Notes under the pieces: generated by a model
What the model saw: the letters and a program-made list of their open reading frames with translations, nothing else
Told to the model about the DNA's origin: nothing
Database searches by the model: none
Shown: piece by piece, positions 60,864 through 64,000 of the stretch
Layout: each line of letters begins with the position of its first letter
Position numbering within the stretch: the stretch's first letter is position 1
Source of the DNA: an uncultured Alphaproteobacteria bacterium
GTDB taxonomy: Bacteria; Pseudomonadota; Alphaproteobacteria; Rs-D84
Direction: 5' to 3'
DNA length: 64,000 nt
Assembly (NCBI GenBank): GCA_937903135.1
Contig: CALDAH010000008.1
Location: forward strand, 1,515 to 65,514
Position numbers and translations under genes: made by a program

Positions 60864-62234
60864 ATGAAAAAATTTACAAAAATTACATCATCTATTGGTC
60901 CGGCAAGTTCTACGAAAGAAGTGCTGAAGAAAATGGTTGAAGCTGGCGTAAATGTTTGCCGGTTGAATTTTAGTCACGACGGTGGCGAAGTTCAGGGACA
61001 AAAAATTGATTTTATCCGTGAAATCGCCGCAGAAACCGGGAAGCCAGTTGCCGTATTGGCGGATTTACAGGGCCCGAAACACCGTATCGGCGTTTTTGAA
61101 ACAGAAGATAAGTTCCCAATTGTCGCGGGACAGAAATTTGTATTTGACAGTGACCCGACCCCGGGGAATTCTAATCGCGTTCAGCTGCCGGATATGGACG
61201 TTATTAAATCATTAAAGGCAGGCGACCGTGTTTTATTAAACGACGGTAAAATTGAAATGCGCGTTGAAAAAGTTAACCCAGATAGCATTGAAGCAACCGT
61301 TATCCGCGGTACAGAAATCTGGTCACGTCGTGGATTTAATCTGCCCGATACAGAGGTTGCGACATCTGTTTTAACACCAAAGGATCGTGCGGATTTAGAA
61401 TATGTTTTAACAAAAAATCCGGACTTTGTTGCAATTTCATTCGTTCAGAAACCAGAAGATGTTATTGAAACCCGTGAATTTATCCAGGCACGTACATCCC
61501 ACCCGGTTAAGATTATTGCAAAAATTGAACGCCCACAGGCCGTTGAAAAAATTGAATCAATTATTGACGTCGCCGATGGAATCATGATTGCACGTGGTGA
61601 CCTGGCGGTGGAAGTGCCGTTCGAACAGGTGCCGGCAATATCACGCCGTATTATCCGTCTGTGCCGTGAAAAAAATAAACCGGTTATTATGGCAACACAA
61701 ATGCTAGGGTCAATGGTTAGCAGCGAATTCCCGACACGTGCGGAAATTTCTGATATCGCAACGGCGGCATACCTGCACGTTGATTCAACCATGACATCCG
61801 AAGAAACAACCATTAGCAATAACCCTGCGTTCGTTGTTGAAACAATGGCCAAGGTTTTGAAAAACGCCGACCAGGATTCAATTGAAAACAGCCAGGACTG
61901 GTCCGATGTTCAAGATTTAGCTGAAAACGACTGGGCATTATCTGTAACAGTTATGGCCGAGTTAAATGACGCCGCGGCAATTGTTGTATTTGCCAACAGC
62001 ACAAACGCTGCGACATGGATTTCATGCCGTCGTCCGGATGTGCCAATCTTTGCGGTCGCAAAGGACGCGGTTGTCGCAAACCAGCTGTGCCTGTCACGTG
62101 GCGTATTTTCAGTACACGATGAAAAAATGTTCGAATCCAAGGACGCTATTGCGGCGGCTAAATGGTTCGGCCTGGACAGCGGTATATTGGTTATCGTTGA
62201 CGGTGAAAAGATTTCTCTGCGCAAGCTGGGCTAA
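60864..62234 (+). CDS. pyk: Pyruvate kinase
   Basis: TKITSSIGPAS, RLNFSHG-like (RLNFSHDG), IIAKIER, MIARGDLAVE and MATQMLGSM motifs. Confidence 0.9.
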   Translation: MKKFTKITSSIGPASSTKEVLKKMVEAGVNVCRLNFSHDGGEVQGQKIDFIREIAAETGKPVAVLADLQGPKHRIGVFETEDKFPIVAGQKFVFDSDPTPGNSNRVQLPDMDVIKSLKAGDRVLLNDGKIEMRVEKVNPDSIEATVIRGTEIWSRRGFNLPDTEVATSVLTPKDRADLEYVLTKNPDFVAISFVQKPEDVIETREFIQARTSHPVKIIAKIERPQAVEKIESIIDVADGIMIARGDLAVEVPFEQVPAISRRIIRLCREKNKPVIMATQMLGSMVSSEFPTRAEISDIATAAYLHVDSTMTSEETTISNNPAFVVETMAKVLKNADQDSIENSQDWSDVQDLAENDWALSVTVMAELNDAAAIVVFANSTNAATWISCRRPDVPIFAVAKDAVVANQLCLSRGVFSVHDEKMFESKDAIAAAKWFGLDSGILVIVDGEKISLRKLG

Positions 62235-62255
62235 ATCTTTTGATTTTTTACGTAT

Positions 62256-62286
62256 ATCCGCCCTTGACCACAGGGGCGGATTTTTT
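62256..62286 (+). terminator. Rho-independent terminator after pyk
   Basis: ATCCGCCC-(10-nt loop)-GGGCGGAT followed by TTTTTT. Confidence 0.6.
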
Positions 62287-62301
62287 GTAATATTTGATAT
62301 T

Positions 62302-63444
62302 ATGAACAGGTTCATCGGTATATTTTTTTTATCGTTTATATTAACGGCTGCGCCGCATGCATTTGCGGCGGATTATCGTGCCGCATTGGTCGCCGATATG
62401 AATACCGGAAAAATATTATACCAAGAAAACGCGAATGATTTAAATTACCCTGCGTCACTGACCAAGATTATGACGCTATATCTAACCTTTGATGCGTTAG
62501 AGCATGGACGTCTGCATTTAGATGATTATTTAATTGTATCCCAGACCGCTGCAAACGCATCGCCGGTAAAACTGGGGCTGGCCGCGGGAACAAAAATATC
62601 CGTAGAGGATGCGATTAAGGCCGTCGCCGTCCTTAGTGCGAATGACGTTGCGCGCGTATTGGCCGAAAACCTAAAGGGCGGCAAGGAAGGGAATTTCGCA
62701 TCGCTTATGACGCGCGTCGCGACCGAGATTGGATTATCGCGGACAAATTTTGAAAACTCGTCCGGGCTGCCGAACGATGATCAGATGTCAACCGCACGTG
62801 ATATCGCATTGCTGTCAATGGCGGTATATAAACATTTCCCCCAGTATTGGAAATATTTCGGAATTAAAACATGGACGTATAACGGAAAAACCTATACGAA
62901 CGGGAATCGGTTATTGGGGACATACCCGGGATGTGACGGGATGAAAACAGGATATACCAATAAATCAAAATATTCACTGGTCGCGACCGCCGTTCGTGGT
63001 GATGCGCGACTAATGTCGGTTGTATTGGGGGCCGCGAATAAGGATATTCGTGCAAATGTTTCAACGCGATTGCTAAATCGTGGTTTTGATATGCTAAACG
63101 CGGGCGCACCGTCGGTTATTCGCACGACGCCGGTTGGTAAAAAATCAGATGCGCCGCAAACATTTTCCGCCGCATATAATGCCGCCGCCGGTGCGCGCAG
63201 TGCAAATATGCCGGCCGCGATAAAATCGGGGCGTGCGGGCGTTCAATTCGGCGCGTTTTCATCGCGATCCGCCGCCGATGTGCAGGTTAAAAACGTAAAA
63301 AATAAATTGGGAATTGCATCTGTAATTGAACCTGCGGCGAATGGCATGTATCGCGTGCGGGCAAATAATTTATCAGACGCATCCGCGGCCGATATTAAAT
63401 CACGCGCCGCGGCCGCAGGCATAGATTGCTTTGTTTTTCATTAA
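62302..63444 (+). CDS. D-alanyl-D-alanine carboxypeptidase (S11, PBP5/6-like) fused to a C-terminal SPOR domain
   Basis: Signal peptide, PASLTKIMT (SxxK), SAND (SxN) and KTGYT (KTG). The SPOR-like tail is GVQFGAFSSRSAA...YRVRANNLS...AAAGIDCFVF. The ORF-track start at 61966 overlaps pyk. Confidence 0.85.
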   Translation: MNRFIGIFFLSFILTAAPHAFAADYRAALVADMNTGKILYQENANDLNYPASLTKIMTLYLTFDALEHGRLHLDDYLIVSQTAANASPVKLGLAAGTKISVEDAIKAVAVLSANDVARVLAENLKGGKEGNFASLMTRVATEIGLSRTNFENSSGLPNDDQMSTARDIALLSMAVYKHFPQYWKYFGIKTWTYNGKTYTNGNRLLGTYPGCDGMKTGYTNKSKYSLVATAVRGDARLMSVVLGAANKDIRANVSTRLLNRGFDMLNAGAPSVIRTTPVGKKSDAPQTFSAAYNAAAGARSANMPAAIKSGRAGVQFGAFSSRSAADVQVKNVKNKLGIASVIEPAANGMYRVRANNLSDASAADIKSRAAAAGIDCFVFH

Positions 63445-63461
63445 TGCGAACGGTATAAAAT

Positions 63462-64000
63462 ATGAATTCAAAAATAGAAAAATTAATTAAACAGTTTGCG
63501 AAACTCCCCCGTGTTGGTAATCGTGCCGCGCAGCGTATTGTTTTGGGACTGCTGCAGGATAAAACGGGCCGGGCGGCGGCGTTGGCCGGGGCGCTGATGG
63601 ATGCGGCGGAAAATGTTGGGCCGTGTCCTGTATGCGGGGTATTAACCGATCGGGCGATGCAGACCTGCGAGTTTTGCTGTGACGCGTCACGTGCAACCGG
63701 GCAGCTATGCGTGGTTCGTGATTTAGCGGACGTATGGACGCTGGAAAAATCGTCTGTTTTTCACGGGCGCTATCATATTATTGGCGGCCTGTTATCCGGG
63801 GCAAACGGCGTATTGCCCGATGATTTAAATATCACAACACTCGGCAGCAGAATTGCGGCCGAAAATATTTCCGAGATTATTTTTGCACTGCCGAACACGG
63901 TCGAGGGAAAAACAACCCAGCATTATATCATGTCGGTATTACCGGCGGACGCGTCTGTCGCGTTTTCAGAACTGGCATCGGGCGTGCCACTCGGCGGGGA
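63462..64000 (+). CDS. recR: Recombination protein RecR (3' end outside window)
   Basis: [13 protein letters not shown] (HhH), CPVCG...CEFC zinc finger, and [26 protein letters not shown] (Toprim). The frame is open to the window edge. Confidence 0.85.
   Translation, partial: [179 protein letters not shown]

Noticed and set aside
135-63696. Numerous 60-180-aa antisense or out-of-frame ORFs nested inside confidently assigned genes (for example within valS, the RND pump, uvrD and the membrane paralogs)
   Set aside because: They are embedded in genes with strong family motifs on the other frame or strand, and they lack motifs and RBSs. They are typical shadow ORFs.
1-64000. CRISPR arrays, rRNA genes, IS elements with terminal inverted repeats and transposase genes
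   Set aside because: No regularly spaced 25-40 bp repeats, no rRNA-like sequence and no transposase ORFs were seen anywhere in the window.

Overview
The window looks like a chromosomal segment from a reduced-genome alphaproteobacterium. This is inferred from a GapR/DUF2312 gene, a Cys-less alpha-type L31 and a short ValRS lacking the C-terminal coiled coil; no database search was possible.

Housekeeping blocks:
- 1-15.7 kb: PBP1A 3' end, MliC-like lipoprotein, a fragmentary dcw cluster (mraY-ftsW-murG), comF, DUF2147, valS, acyl-ACP thioesterase, a Cys-rich secreted protein, dnaQ and uvrD.
- 22.9-23.9 kb: rpmE and a catalytically degenerate suhB homolog.
- 27.9-34.6 kb: MarR plus an RND efflux operon, a HAD hydrolase and tRNA-Ser.
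- 54.8-64 kb: rmuC, def-fmt-truA, comEC, RNHCP, gapR, pyk, dacC-SPOR and recR.

Three accessory regions stand out:
1. 15.7-22.3 kb holds five paralogous polytopic membrane proteins, arranged as a tightly coupled 4-gene operon plus a divergent fifth gene. Their layout resembles VirB6/TrbL, but no other secretion genes are in the window.
2. 24.2-27.8 kb lies next to tRNA-Gln. It contains a 2.4-kb two-gene cassette (Dcm methyltransferase overlapping a lipoprotein-anchored staphylococcal-nuclease-fold protein) bracketed by perfect 29-bp direct repeats, followed by two small lipoproteins.
3. About 34.7-54.7 kb is a mosaic, partly decayed island downstream of tRNA-Ser(UGA). It carries:
   - an HNH nuclease, a large serine recombinase and a broken DUF2924 gene;
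   - a 1.17-kaa T5orf172/GIY-YIG-like + SF2 helicase + NPPY methyltransferase fusion followed by a half-methyltransferase ORF;
   - ParB and terminase fragments;
   - an ASCH + PIN/GNAT-like/EVE-like gene pair, which I rate the best candidate for an undescribed defence or toxin module;
   - a class II Fic protein with phased operator repeats and a dense iteron-like repeat field;
   - a MuF-Tlde1 polymorphic toxin interrupted at a G8 tract, with two tandem membrane 'immunity' paralogs;
   - DUF488, an NrtR-like regulator operon, a second Dcm + PD-(D/E)xK restriction pair and an HD protein.

All calls rest on motif reading by eye. No HMM, BLAST or folding computation was run.
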